Shown piece after piece: positions 45,748-54,262 of a stretch of 64,000 nucleotides of DNA. The number at the start of each line of letters is the position of its first letter. Positions within the stretch are counted from its first letter, which is position 1. The stretch comes from Candidatus Latescibacterota bacterium (lineage in GTDB: Bacteria; Latescibacterota; UBA2968; UBA8231): NCBI GenBank assembly GCA_965221775.1, contig CBDCSU010000004.1, forward strand, positions 704,001 through 768,000, read 5' to 3'. Under the pieces are notes generated by a model. It did not search any database, was not told the DNA's origin, and worked only from the letters and a program-made list of their open reading frames with translations. Position numbers and translations under genes: made by a program.

Positions 45748-46523
45748 GGCCGGTGCTCGCGCACGGCGGCCAGCGCTTCGCCCAGGTGGCGCCGGTAGAG
45801 GTCGAGGTCGAGGCCGACGGCGAGGATGCGGTAGCCCTTGTCGAGCAGCTCGCGCGCCTCCTCGGCGGTGGCGGCGAGGCGGCCCAGGGCCTTGCCCTCG
45901 GCCTCGCAGGCGCGGCGCACTTCGTCCTCGGCGGCGAGGTAGTCGGGGTGGTCGAAGAGACCCGGACGGCCGCTGAAGTTGGCCAGGTCGAACTGGCCGA
46001 TCCAGAGGACGTCGATCCCCTTGACGGCGGCGATCTCCGGGGCGTTGCGGACCCCCCAGGGGCTCTCGATCTGGGCGATCACCAGGGTGCGCTCGTTGGC
46101 CTGCCGCATCTTCTCCTCCAGCGGCTCGCCGGTGCGGTAGTCGTCGTGGGCGACGCCGAAGGCGGCTCCGCGGCGCCCGGTCAGGGGATAGCGGCAGAAC
46201 CCGGCCAGGCTCCGGGCCTGGTCGGCGTCGTCGACCATGGGCGCCATGACGCCGAGGGCGCCGGCGTCGAGGACCCGCGCCGCGAAGTGGTACTCCGCCG
46301 TGGGGATGCGCACGAAGGGCACCGCGCCGGTGCAGCCGCAGGTGGCCACGAGGCCGCGGATCGTCTCCATCGACCAGGCGGTGTGCTCCATGTCGAAGAG
46401 CACGAACTCGGCGCCGGCGTTGTCGGCGAGACGGGCCACGCCGGTGGTGCCGAACTCCATCACCATGGTGCCCAGGGACCGGCCGCCCTCCTGCAGGCGG
46501 CGCCTCACGGGGTTCTCTCTCAT
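45744..46523 (-). CDS. HpcH/HpaI aldolase family protein
   Basis: FVLFDMEH, VRIP, RVLDAGA.GVMAPMV, RYP..G.RG, IAQIES, GIDVLWIG. Confidence 0.9.
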   Translation of the reverse strand: MRENPVRRRLQEGGRSLGTMVMEFGTTGVARLADNAGAEFVLFDMEHTAWSMETIRGLVATCGCTGAVPFVRIPTAEYHFAARVLDAGALGVMAPMVDDADQARSLAGFCRYPLTGRRGAAFGVAHDDYRTGEPLEEKMRQANERTLVIAQIESPWGVRNAPEIAAVKGIDVLWIGQFDLANFSGRPGLFDHPDYLAAEDEVRRACEAEGKALGRLAATAEEARELLDKGYRILAVGLDLDLYRRHLGEALAAVREHRP

Positions 46524-47566
46524 TCGCCCCTCCTGCGGCGGGCGCAGGCATCCAACTTCGCCTGGAAGCACTCCGTCTCCAGCACCTCGGCGTTGACCAC
46601 GTGATCCGGCGCCCGGCCCTCGGAGACGGCGAGGATGCCGGCGAAGGCGCTCTCCCCCATGAGGCGGAAGCTCTCGTCGGTCCAGGCCAGGGAGTGGGGC
46701 GCCACGATGACGTTGTCCTGCTCTAGGAGCGGGTTTCGCGGATCGACGGGCTCCTCCTCGAAGACGTCGAGGGCGGCGCCGGCGACGGCGCCCTCCCGCA
46801 GCGCCGCGGTGAGGGCCGCCTGATCGACGATGGGCCCGCGGGCGACGTTGATCAAATGGGCCGTGGGCTTCATCCGCTCCAGCTCCGCGGGGCCGATGAG
46901 GTGGCGGGTCTCCGCGGTCAGGGCGCAGCAGACGAGGACGAAGTCGGCCTCGTCGAGCAGCTCCGGCAACGGCGCCAGCCGCACCCCCAGCCCGGCGGCG
47001 GCCTCGGCGTCGGCGAAGGGATCGGCGGCGACCAGGGTCATCCCGAAAGGCGCGCACAGACGCGCGATCTCGCCGCCGATGTTGCCCAGCCCCACCAGCC
47101 CCAAAGTTCGCCCCCGCAGGCCGAGGCCCATGTAGTCGGCCTTCTCCGCCCAGCGCCCCTCCCGCGTGAGCCGGTCCTTCAGGGGCAGGCGGTGGGCCAG
47201 GGCCAGGAGGAAGGCCATGGCGGCGCTGGCCACGGGGCGGCGCACGCCGTCGGGGGTGATGGTCACCGCCACCCCGGCGCGGGTGCAGGCCTCCAGGTCC
47301 ACCGAGTCGTAGCCGACGCCGATGCGGGCCACCACCGCCAGGCGCCCGGCCCCCTCCAGGGTGGCGGCCGAGATCCGCGGACTCAGCACCAGCAGGGCGT
47401 CGCAGCCGGCGGCGGCCTCGGCCGGCACCTCCTCCGCCCCCGCGCCCAGGTTGTGCCACTCCACGCCCCTGGCGCGGTCGAGGACGGAGAGGTCGATGTC
47501 GGGAAAGGCCTGCCCGCCTTCGGGGCGCAGGAAGTCGACGGTGAGGCCGACGCGGAACATCCTCAT
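46520..47566 (-). CDS. D-isomer-specific 2-hydroxyacid dehydrogenase (PGDH-like)
   Basis: RIGVGYDSVD, GLVGLGNIG, MKPTAHLINVARGPIVD, AALDVFEEEP, APH. Confidence 0.9.
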   Translation of the reverse strand: MRMFRVGLTVDFLRPEGGQAFPDIDLSVLDRARGVEWHNLGAGAEEVPAEAAAGCDALLVLSPRISAATLEGAGRLAVVARIGVGYDSVDLEACTRAGVAVTITPDGVRRPVASAAMAFLLALAHRLPLKDRLTREGRWAEKADYMGLGLRGRTLGLVGLGNIGGEIARLCAPFGMTLVAADPFADAEAAAGLGVRLAPLPELLDEADFVLVCCALTAETRHLIGPAELERMKPTAHLINVARGPIVDQAALTAALREGAVAGAALDVFEEEPVDPRNPLLEQDNVIVAPHSLAWTDESFRLMGESAFAGILAVSEGRAPDHVVNAEVLETECFQAKLDACARRRRGE

Positions 47567-48303
47567 CCTCCCCCGGAGCGGATCCGGGCCTCGGCCTCGC
47601 TCAGAGCCGCGGCGTTGTCCCAGGCGGCGATGCGCTCTGCGCGGGCCTGCTCGGTCTCTCCGCTCAGCCGCCCGGCCGCGGCGATGAGGGCGGGCAGGGC
47701 GCGGACCACGTTGTCGACGATCGTCACCGTGGCGGCTCGGGCCGTGCGCGACAGCGGGTTCAGGTCGACGGTCAGGACCTGCCGTCCCATGCGCCGGAGC
47801 GCCTCGCAGCGGTCGCCGTCCTCCAAGGGGACGAAGATCGCGTCCGCCTTCAGGATGCCCTCCGGATGGACGAGCCGGCGGTTCGAGGCGAGGCCCTCCA
47901 GGACGGTCCCGTCGACGGGCCGCAGCACCCGCTCGGCGCCGTGGGCCTGCAGGTGGGCGGCGACGGCTGCCTCGCGCTCGCGGGAGCCGTGGAAGATGTT
48001 GACCTCCAGGGGGGCGCCGGTCTGCCGCGAGAGCCGCACCAGCTCGCCGGGGACCAGGGCGGCGGCGTTGCCGTTCACCGAGAGCACCGGATGCTCCGCC
48101 GCCAGCAGCCAGGCCGCCGCCGCCTCGCAGGCGCGCAGGGCCCAGGGGCCGCTCTCCTCCCCCAGCAGATAGTCGTAGGCCTCCCCCCGGCCGTGGGCGA
48201 TCAGCCCGTGGGGCGAGGTGATGCCCGCCTCCACGCCGGCCACGATCCGGTCCCGCGTCAGCAGGGAGGCGCGCCTCGGGTGGTCCTCGGGGACGTCGGT
48301 CAC
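47563..48303 (-). CDS. Archaeal-type phosphopantothenate synthetase (4-phosphopantoate--beta-alanine ligase)
   Basis: HPR..SL..R, GLIAHGRGEAYDYLLGE, HPVLSVNGN.AAL, LEVNIFH, ADAIFVPLEDGDRCEAL, DLNPLSRTA..ATVTIVDNVVRA. Confidence 0.92.
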   Translation of the reverse strand: MTDVPEDHPRRASLLTRDRIVAGVEAGITSPHGLIAHGRGEAYDYLLGEESGPWALRACEAAAAWLLAAEHPVLSVNGNAAALVPGELVRLSRQTGAPLEVNIFHGSREREAAVAAHLQAHGAERVLRPVDGTVLEGLASNRRLVHPEGILKADAIFVPLEDGDRCEALRRMGRQVLTVDLNPLSRTARAATVTIVDNVVRALPALIAAAGRLSGETEQARAERIAAWDNAAALSEAEARIRSGGG

Positions 48304-49148
48304 GGGTCGATCAGGCCGACGCGGCGCGTCGACAGGGCGGTCTCGGTGGAGCCCGGGAAGGGCGTGTCGCTGAAGACGGCGTTTCCGAGCATGATCATCG
48401 AGGCCTCGCCGCCCCCGCCGGTCACCTCTTCGACGGCGGCGAGCACCCCCTCGTGGGCCATGAGGCCGCTGCCGGCGGCGAAGGCGCGGGACTCGCGGAT
48501 GACGCTGCCCAGGTCCAGCGAAGTCGCATCGCGGAGACGGGCGAGGGCTGCCAAGGCTTCGTCGGCGGCAGCGTTGATCCGCCGGCGCCGCTCCGGGTCG
48601 GAGAGGATGTCCCGCGTGCGGATGGGGCCGAAGTAGCGGTAGTGGATCGGCGCCCCCGCCGCCAGGGGCATGCGCTGCGCCGCGAGAGGGTCGCCGGCGA
48701 CGAGCTTCACCAGGCAGCCGCCGTGGTACTGGGCGCAGACATCGCCGAGGCCGGTGAGGTTCTCCACCTCGGCCACGTGGGCGGCGGTGGCCAGGGCGCG
48801 CTCCGACAGGCGGAGGTCTAACAGGGCGTTGGCGGCGTAGGCCGCCGCCAGGGACGAGGCGCCGCTGAGGCCGAAGCCGCTGCTCAGGGGCAGGGGCGTC
48901 TCGATCTCGACGGCCAGCCGCTGGCCCGGCGCCACCCGCTCCAGCACCGCCGCCACCGTGGGGAACTCGATCCCCTCGCCGTTGAAGGTGACGCTGGCGG
49001 CCCCGGCGCGGCGGACGGAGGCGGTGGCCCCCTCGCGCACGGTGAAGCCGAGGCCGAGGGAGTGCATCCGCGCCGGGTCGTCGTGGGGGATCACCTTGAA
49101 GACGCCGGAGATGTTCCCCGGCGCGAAGGCGGACGCCGCCTCAGGCAT
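48300..49148 (-). CDS. Archaeal-type pantoate kinase (GHMP kinase family)
   Basis: AFAPGNISGVF, SLGLGF, GHMP motif PLSSGFGLSGA, AHVAEVENLTGLGDV, ASMIMLGNAVF; adjacent to PPS. Confidence 0.88.
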   Translation of the reverse strand: MPEAASAFAPGNISGVFKVIPHDDPARMHSLGLGFTVREGATASVRRAGAASVTFNGEGIEFPTVAAVLERVAPGQRLAVEIETPLPLSSGFGLSGASSLAAAYAANALLDLRLSERALATAAHVAEVENLTGLGDVCAQYHGGCLVKLVAGDPLAAQRMPLAAGAPIHYRYFGPIRTRDILSDPERRRRINAAADEALAALARLRDATSLDLGSVIRESRAFAAGSGLMAHEGVLAAVEEVTGGGGEASMIMLGNAVFSDTPFPGSTETALSTRRVGLIDP

Positions 49149-49839
49149 GGACGGCCTCCGGCATCAGCCGCTGTTGGCGCAGCCAGCCCGGCAGTTGCGC
49201 GACGCCGTCGAGCAGGGCGAGAGGCGCGTAGGGGGCGAAGGCCGGCGACTGCGTGGTGCCGCTGAGGACGGCGGTGAAGCGGATCCCGCCGCGGCGCGCC
49301 GCCTCGGCGTCGGGGAGACTGTCCCCCACGTAGAGGGAGTCGCCGGCATCTACCCCGAGACGCTCCAGGGCCAGGTGCAGGCAGCCGGGATCCGGCTTGT
49401 GCTCGGTGACGTCCTCCGCCCCGACGACGGCCCCCACGAGGTGGCGCAGCCCCTCGCGGTCGAGGATGCCCTCGATGCGGTAGCGGTACTTGGTGGAGGC
49501 AATGCCGCAGACCACGCCCCGGGCGCGGAGATCCGCCAGCACCCCGGGGACAGCGTCGTAGACCACGGTGCCCGCCGCCATCACCCGGTCGGCGCGCTCG
49601 AGGAAGAGCCTCCCGAACTCCTCGCTGCGCGGACGCTCGGCCTCGCCGTTGAGGGTGGCCACGATGTCGGGCACGGAGAGGCCGATGGTGCGCCGGATCT
49701 CCTCCTCCCCGGACAACTCGAGCCCCATGCGCCGCTGGGCATGGCGCACGCAGTCGATGACGCCCACGGCGGAATCCGCCAGGGTATAGTCGAAGTCGAA
49801 GAGAACCGCCTTGAGCGGCGTCGGACCCATGGCGGTCAC
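49141..49839 (-). CDS. HAD family phosphatase (phosphoglycolate phosphatase-like)
   Basis: FDFDYTLADS, IASTK, HKPDP, YVGDS..D; start GTG 49839 or ATG 49830. Confidence 0.9.
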   Translation of the reverse strand: MTAMGPTPLKAVLFDFDYTLADSAVGVIDCVRHAQRRMGLELSGEEEIRRTIGLSVPDIVATLNGEAERPRSEEFGRLFLERADRVMAAGTVVYDAVPGVLADLRARGVVCGIASTKYRYRIEGILDREGLRHLVGAVVGAEDVTEHKPDPGCLHLALERLGVDAGDSLYVGDSLPDAEAARRGGIRFTAVLSGTTQSPAFAPYAPLALLDGVAQLPGWLRQQRLMPEAVHA

Positions 49840-50621
49840 GCCGGCGCGCCGGCGTTGATGCCCAGCCCTCGGCGGTAGGCCTCCAGGGAGAGCAGGTCTT
49901 CGGGCGCCACGTTGCCGATGTTGACCCGGGGGCCGAAGCGGTCGATCAGATCGCGGCGCATGGCGTGCACATGGTGCTCCTCCACCCCCGGGATCCAGGG
50001 TCCCGGAAGCTCGAACATCACCTTCTCCAGGCCCACGGCGGCGACGATCCCGTCGATGTCGGCCGCGGTCTCCGCGCCGCCGTGGATCAACTCCACCGCC
50101 TCCACCAGAAGCAGGCTGGCCCCCGCCTCCATGCACGCCTTCGCGTCGTCGGTCAGCGGAACCGCGTTGGCCAGACCCTCCTTCTTCCCCACCTCACCGA
50201 GGACCCTCAGCCCGAACTCCTCCACCGCCCGGGCGATGATCCGTTCCTTCCAGCTCAGGCTCACCGGGGCGATGTTGTCGGAGACCTCCACCCAGCGGTA
50301 GCCCGCTTCGACGCAGGCCGGCAGGTAGCGGTCGAGATAGCCGTGGACCTCGGCGTACTCCAGGAACTGCCCCCCCGGGAAGGGCTCCACGTCCCACGAC
50401 AGGTAGCGGTCGATCTTCTCCGTCAGCAGCTCCGGCGGGTGCAGCCGCGACAGGCCCACGGCGATCTTGGCGAAGTCGAAGTGGTCGGCCCCCATGTCGG
50501 TGAGATCCCGCTGCCGGCGGGGGCCGATCCCCCAGTCGATGACCATGGTCAGCCCCGAGGCGCGGGGCTTGGCGGTGCGCTCGCCGGCCAGATGTCCGTC
50601 GAGACCTTGGAACGGATGCAA
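49836..50621 (-). CDS. comA: Phosphosulfolactate synthase (ComA) family protein
   Basis: KPRASGLTMVIDWG, GGQFLE, EVSDN, EVGKK, MFELP, FGPRVNIGNV..LLSLEAYRRGL. Confidence 0.85.
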   Translation of the reverse strand: MHPFQGLDGHLAGERTAKPRASGLTMVIDWGIGPRRQRDLTDMGADHFDFAKIAVGLSRLHPPELLTEKIDRYLSWDVEPFPGGQFLEYAEVHGYLDRYLPACVEAGYRWVEVSDNIAPVSLSWKERIIARAVEEFGLRVLGEVGKKEGLANAVPLTDDAKACMEAGASLLLVEAVELIHGGAETAADIDGIVAAVGLEKVMFELPGPWIPGVEEHHVHAMRRDLIDRFGPRVNIGNVAPEDLLSLEAYRRGLGINAGAPA

Positions 50622-50773
50622 TGCGGGTCCTTCGTGGTGGTGTTCGGAAGCGGGCTAACCTACGAAAGGGCCCTTACCTCGTCACGGCACTTGCCGGGCC
50701 GCAGACAGGACGGCGATGTTACAGGCCGTCCCGGCGACGAACCCTCTGCGCGCTGTTCCCCGAGGAGCCGACC

Positions 50774-51682
50774 ATGACCACCACAGCCGACGTGCAAACC
50801 CTTCCCCAGCGCCTCCTCGGCAAGACCGGCGAGCGCGTCCCCGTCCTCGGCCTGGGCACCGCCTGCGGAGGACTGGGCATGCCCGACGCCGAGGCGATCG
50901 AGCTCTACGAGGCGGCCATCGACCGCGGCGTAACCTACCTCGACACCGCCCCCGGGTACGAGCGCGCCCAGCGGCAACTCGGCCACGTGGTGCCCCGCCG
51001 CCGCGACGAGATCTTCCTGGTCACCAAGTCCCCCACCGCCGACGGCGCCGAAGCCGAACGCCTGCTGGAACAGAACCTGCGCGACCTCGGCACCGACGCC
51101 GTCGACCTGTGCTACGTCCACTCCCTCGGCAACTACGATCCCGACCAGGTCCTCGCCCCCGACGGCTCCCTCGCCGGCCTGCGCGAAGCCCAGAGGCGGG
51201 GACTGACGCGCTACGTCGGCTTCACCGCCCACCACAGGACCGGCAGCTCCGAGCGCGTCCTCCGGGAGGCGGAAGTCGACGTCATCATGGTCTCCCTCAA
51301 CTTCGCCGACCACCACACCTACGGCTTCGACCGCACCGTGCTGCCCTTGGCCGCCGAGCGCGACGTCGGCGTGGCGGCCATGAAGGTCTACGGTGGCGCC
51401 GAGGCGATGGAGTACCACACGAAGGAGGGAGAGGACCAGCGCCCCTCCGCCCTTCAGGCCAGCGAGCCCGCCTTCGACCACGAACGCGCCCTGCGCTGGG
51501 CCCTCGGCCTGGCGGGAGTGAACGTCGCCGTCATCGGCATGTACTCGGAGGAGGAGCTGGACCGCAACATCGAGTGGGTGCGCCGCTGGCAGCCGCTGAC
51601 GGCGGAGGAGGAGACGCAGCTGCTGGAGGAGGGCCGTCGCATCGCCCGCTCCTGGGGCGACCACTACGGGGATACCACATGA
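50774..51682 (+). CDS. Aldo/keto reductase
   Basis: LGKTG..VPVLGLG, YLDTAPGY, FLVTK, LGTDAVDL.YVH, RYVGFTAH, AAMKVYGG. Confidence 0.92.
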   Translation: MTTTADVQTLPQRLLGKTGERVPVLGLGTACGGLGMPDAEAIELYEAAIDRGVTYLDTAPGYERAQRQLGHVVPRRRDEIFLVTKSPTADGAEAERLLEQNLRDLGTDAVDLCYVHSLGNYDPDQVLAPDGSLAGLREAQRRGLTRYVGFTAHHRTGSSERVLREAEVDVIMVSLNFADHHTYGFDRTVLPLAAERDVGVAAMKVYGGAEAMEYHTKEGEDQRPSALQASEPAFDHERALRWALGLAGVNVAVIGMYSEEELDRNIEWVRRWQPLTAEEETQLLEEGRRIARSWGDHYGDTT

Positions 51683-51795
51683 CAAAGCCCATCGGGACAT
51701 ACACAGTCCGCATGTTGTGACGCTGTAGACTGAACGGTTACACTTGAGGGGCAACACCAGCGTTGAGTCTGGTTTGCCCGCAAGGAGGAGCCCCA

Positions 51796-52113
51796 TTGAG
51801 CGCCAGAATCGACATTCCCAGAGACGAGATAGCTGCCTTTTGCCAGCGCCACCGCATCCGCCGTATGGCCCTGTTCGGCTCCGTGCTGCGCGACGACTTT
51901 TCGCCTGAGAGCGACGTGGACTTGCTCGTGGAATTCGAGCCAAACACGCGTATAGGCTACATCGGCTTGGCAGGGTTGGAGATTGAGCTGGGGAAAGTTC
52001 TGGGACGAAGGGCTGACTTGCACACCTTGGAAGGAGTTCGCAGCAGCCGCAACTGGCTCCTCCGGGACGAGATACTGGGTTCGAGAGAGGCGGTATATGA
52101 GCAGGCGCGATGA
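51796..52113 (+). CDS. MntA-like minimal nucleotidyltransferase antitoxin
   Basis: FCQRHRIRRMALFGSVLRDDF..ESDVDLLVEF; TTG start after AGGAGG. Confidence 0.9.
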   Translation: MSARIDIPRDEIAAFCQRHRIRRMALFGSVLRDDFSPESDVDLLVEFEPNTRIGYIGLAGLEIELGKVLGRRADLHTLEGVRSSRNWLLRDEILGSREAVYEQAR

Positions 52114-52441
52114 TCAGATCAGCTTGGTGGACATGCTGAACCACGCACGGGAAGCGGTCGCCCTTTTGGGCGAGGCAGGCCCGGATGACCTCGCAGGAGA
52201 TCGGATCCGGGAACTCGCACTACGGAAGTTGGTGGAGATCGTTGGAGAAGCGGCCAATCGCGTTTCGGAACAGACACGCCAGTCCCATCAGGCAATACCC
52301 TGGCCCCAGATTGCTGGAATGCGCAACCGGCTGATTCACGGCTACGATGACGTCAGTCTGGGTAGATTGTGCGATACCATCAAGGAGGACCTGCCTCCCC
52401 TCATTGACCAACTACAAGCCAGCGTCGGCGAACAGGAGTAG
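52097..52441 (+). CDS. HepT-like (DUF86) HEPN ribonuclease toxin
   Basis: EIVGEAANRVS, IPWPQIAGMRNRLIHGY (RX4H motif). Confidence 0.9.
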   Translation: MSRRDDQISLVDMLNHAREAVALLGEAGPDDLAGDRIRELALRKLVEIVGEAANRVSEQTRQSHQAIPWPQIAGMRNRLIHGYDDVSLGRLCDTIKEDLPPLIDQLQASVGEQE

Positions 52442-52473
52442 TGGTGCCGCTCCACAAGCCACCGGCTTGAGCA

Positions 52474-52852
52474 CCGACCACCAAACCTACGGCTTCGACC
52501 GCACCGGTTGCCCCTGGCCGCCGAACGTAAGGTCGGCATGGCCGCCATGAAGGTCGACGGCGGCTCCGAGGCGATGGAGTACCACACCAAGGAGGACGAG
52601 GACGGGCGCCCAACCGCACTGTGGGCCAGCGCGCCCGCCTTCGACCACGAACGAGCCCTGCGCTGGGCCCTCGGACTGCCGGGCATCGGCATCGCCGTGA
52701 TCGGCATGTACTCGGAAGAGGAGATGGACCGCAACATCGAGTGGGTGCGCCGCTGGCAGCCGCTGACGGCGGAGGAGGAGACGCAACTGCTGGAGGAGGG
52801 CCGCCGCCGGATCGCCCGCTCCTGGGGCGACCACCACGGGGACTTGGTGTGA
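52474..52852 (+). pseudogene. Duplicated 3' part of the aldo/keto reductase gene (remnant)
   Basis: Diverged copy of ~51306-51682 (DH.TYGFDRT..AAMKV..MEYHTKE..FDHERALRWALGL..SWGDH), with a 1-nt indel near 52506 and no N-terminus. Confidence 0.88.
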
Positions 52853-53094
52853 GGATCTCCGATCTGCGGCGGCAGTCCGCGGAGAGCCGCGCCGACTTCG
52901 TCAGGGAAATCGCCGACGACGTGAGCCGGCGAATCCGCGAGGGGCTGGTGGCCGAGCCCGAGGCGCGGGAGCTGGCCGCGGGACTGCGCTTTCAGGCGGG
53001 ACTGCTGATGCCCGAGAGGCTGGAGGCGTTCGACCGCATCTACGGAGCCCGCTTCGAGCGCCTGATCCGCCAGTTTCTGCGGGGGGAGGGCTGA
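52849..53094 (+). CDS. Small hypothetical protein (81 aa)
   Basis: GTG overlaps the TGA of the AKR remnant; LMPERLEAFDRIYGARFERLIRQF; GC-rich codon usage. Confidence 0.6.
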   Translation: MRISDLRRQSAESRADFVREIADDVSRRIREGLVAEPEARELAAGLRFQAGLLMPERLEAFDRIYGARFERLIRQFLRGEG

Positions 53095-53206
53095 CCACCA
53101 AGGCGCCGGTCACCATGCCGTCGATTAGAGCGAAGACACTGCGGCACGACTGCGAGCTTCATCTTGTGGATCTCGCTTACGCGTCTTCCAGCATTCGCGC
53201 AGGAGG

Positions 53207-54226
53207 ATGCGCAAGTCTCATGGTGTAGACTTGGCGATCAGCAAACAAGCATTTAGAAGAGCTTACACGGCGAAGCCGACCTTTGCTGCTGAGCAGGGAG
53301 CAGTGGCTCTTGATGGACTGGGACTGGGTTCGGTTATCGAATGGGCTGAACTTGACGCCAATCCTACTAACTGTGTCTACAAAGCAGTGTGTTGCGAAGG
53401 CAGCTACATTGTCAAGATCAAGTATCGAAGAGCTTTCTCTCTGGTAGTGGAACAGAGAATTACCACACTGCTACGAGAAACAACCACTCTGCCCGTCCCT
53501 GAGATTTGTGTATTGTGCGAGAGCACCGATGCCTTCGGACATCCTTATATGATTTCCAGTCTGCTCCCCGGTATTCAAGGGCGCGACTTCTTCGAGATGC
53601 CCGGCACCTGCGATGATCGGAGGTGTCGCCTGCTCGAGGAATTTGGCTCAGTGGTTGCAATCATCAATAACCAAGGAGTCTCGGACGGTCTGATACCGGT
53701 GCAGGATATGACCGAATGGCGAGAGGACATACGGGCAAAGCTCCTTGAAAATCAGGAGTTGGTAGCCGACCTGCCAGAAGATTGTCAAGCGAAGTTGCCC
53801 ACTATCGAGGATCTTCTGGACAGAATAGATGTCGTGCCGGATCCGGGCCCGCAAGGGCTTCTATGGGGAGATGCCGCTATACACAATCTACTGGTTGATG
53901 ATGACGGCCATATAGTCGGTATTCACGATTTTGAGAATGGAGCTACTGGCGACCTTCTACATGAACAACTGCACGTCGCAGCAGAGTTTAGCCGAGAGCC
54001 CCGAGAGATCTACGGTCGCGATCACTACCCGCAGATGTTCTGGTCCGGGTATGTGGAGGCAGGTGGAGTGCGGATAGAGCCAGACGAGACGTACCTCAGG
54101 GTCAGACAAGCCACAATGGGCGCCGGCCTATGCTGGTTCTGGGAAGTACTGGGTGTTTTCCACCCCAGAACGCCGCAATGGCTGGACGACTTGGAAGGCG
54201 CATTGAGGGGCCTTGTGGAATCCTGA
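53207..54226 (+). CDS. Aminoglycoside phosphotransferase / choline kinase-like protein, low GC
   Basis: YIVKI, E..L..LPVPEI, PYMIS..LPG, LLWGD..HNLLV, GIHDFE. Confidence 0.75.
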   Translation: MRKSHGVDLAISKQAFRRAYTAKPTFAAEQGAVALDGLGLGSVIEWAELDANPTNCVYKAVCCEGSYIVKIKYRRAFSLVVEQRITTLLRETTTLPVPEICVLCESTDAFGHPYMISSLLPGIQGRDFFEMPGTCDDRRCRLLEEFGSVVAIINNQGVSDGLIPVQDMTEWREDIRAKLLENQELVADLPEDCQAKLPTIEDLLDRIDVVPDPGPQGLLWGDAAIHNLLVDDDGHIVGIHDFENGATGDLLHEQLHVAAEFSREPREIYGRDHYPQMFWSGYVEAGGVRIEPDETYLRVRQATMGAGLCWFWEVLGVFHPRTPQWLDDLEGALRGLVES

Positions 54227-54262
54227 CCAACGCATCTGCCTGCGCCGAGGCGGCCCATCCCC

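Noticed and set aside
49836-50621. comA as evidence for coenzyme M synthesis or methanogenesis
   Set aside because: No comB, comC or comDE orthologues in the window; ComA homologues occur in many non-methanogens.
53091-54230. CTGACCA at both ends of the low-GC kinase gene as a target-site duplication
   Set aside because: Only 7 bp and includes the TGA stop codons of both genes; compatible with chance.
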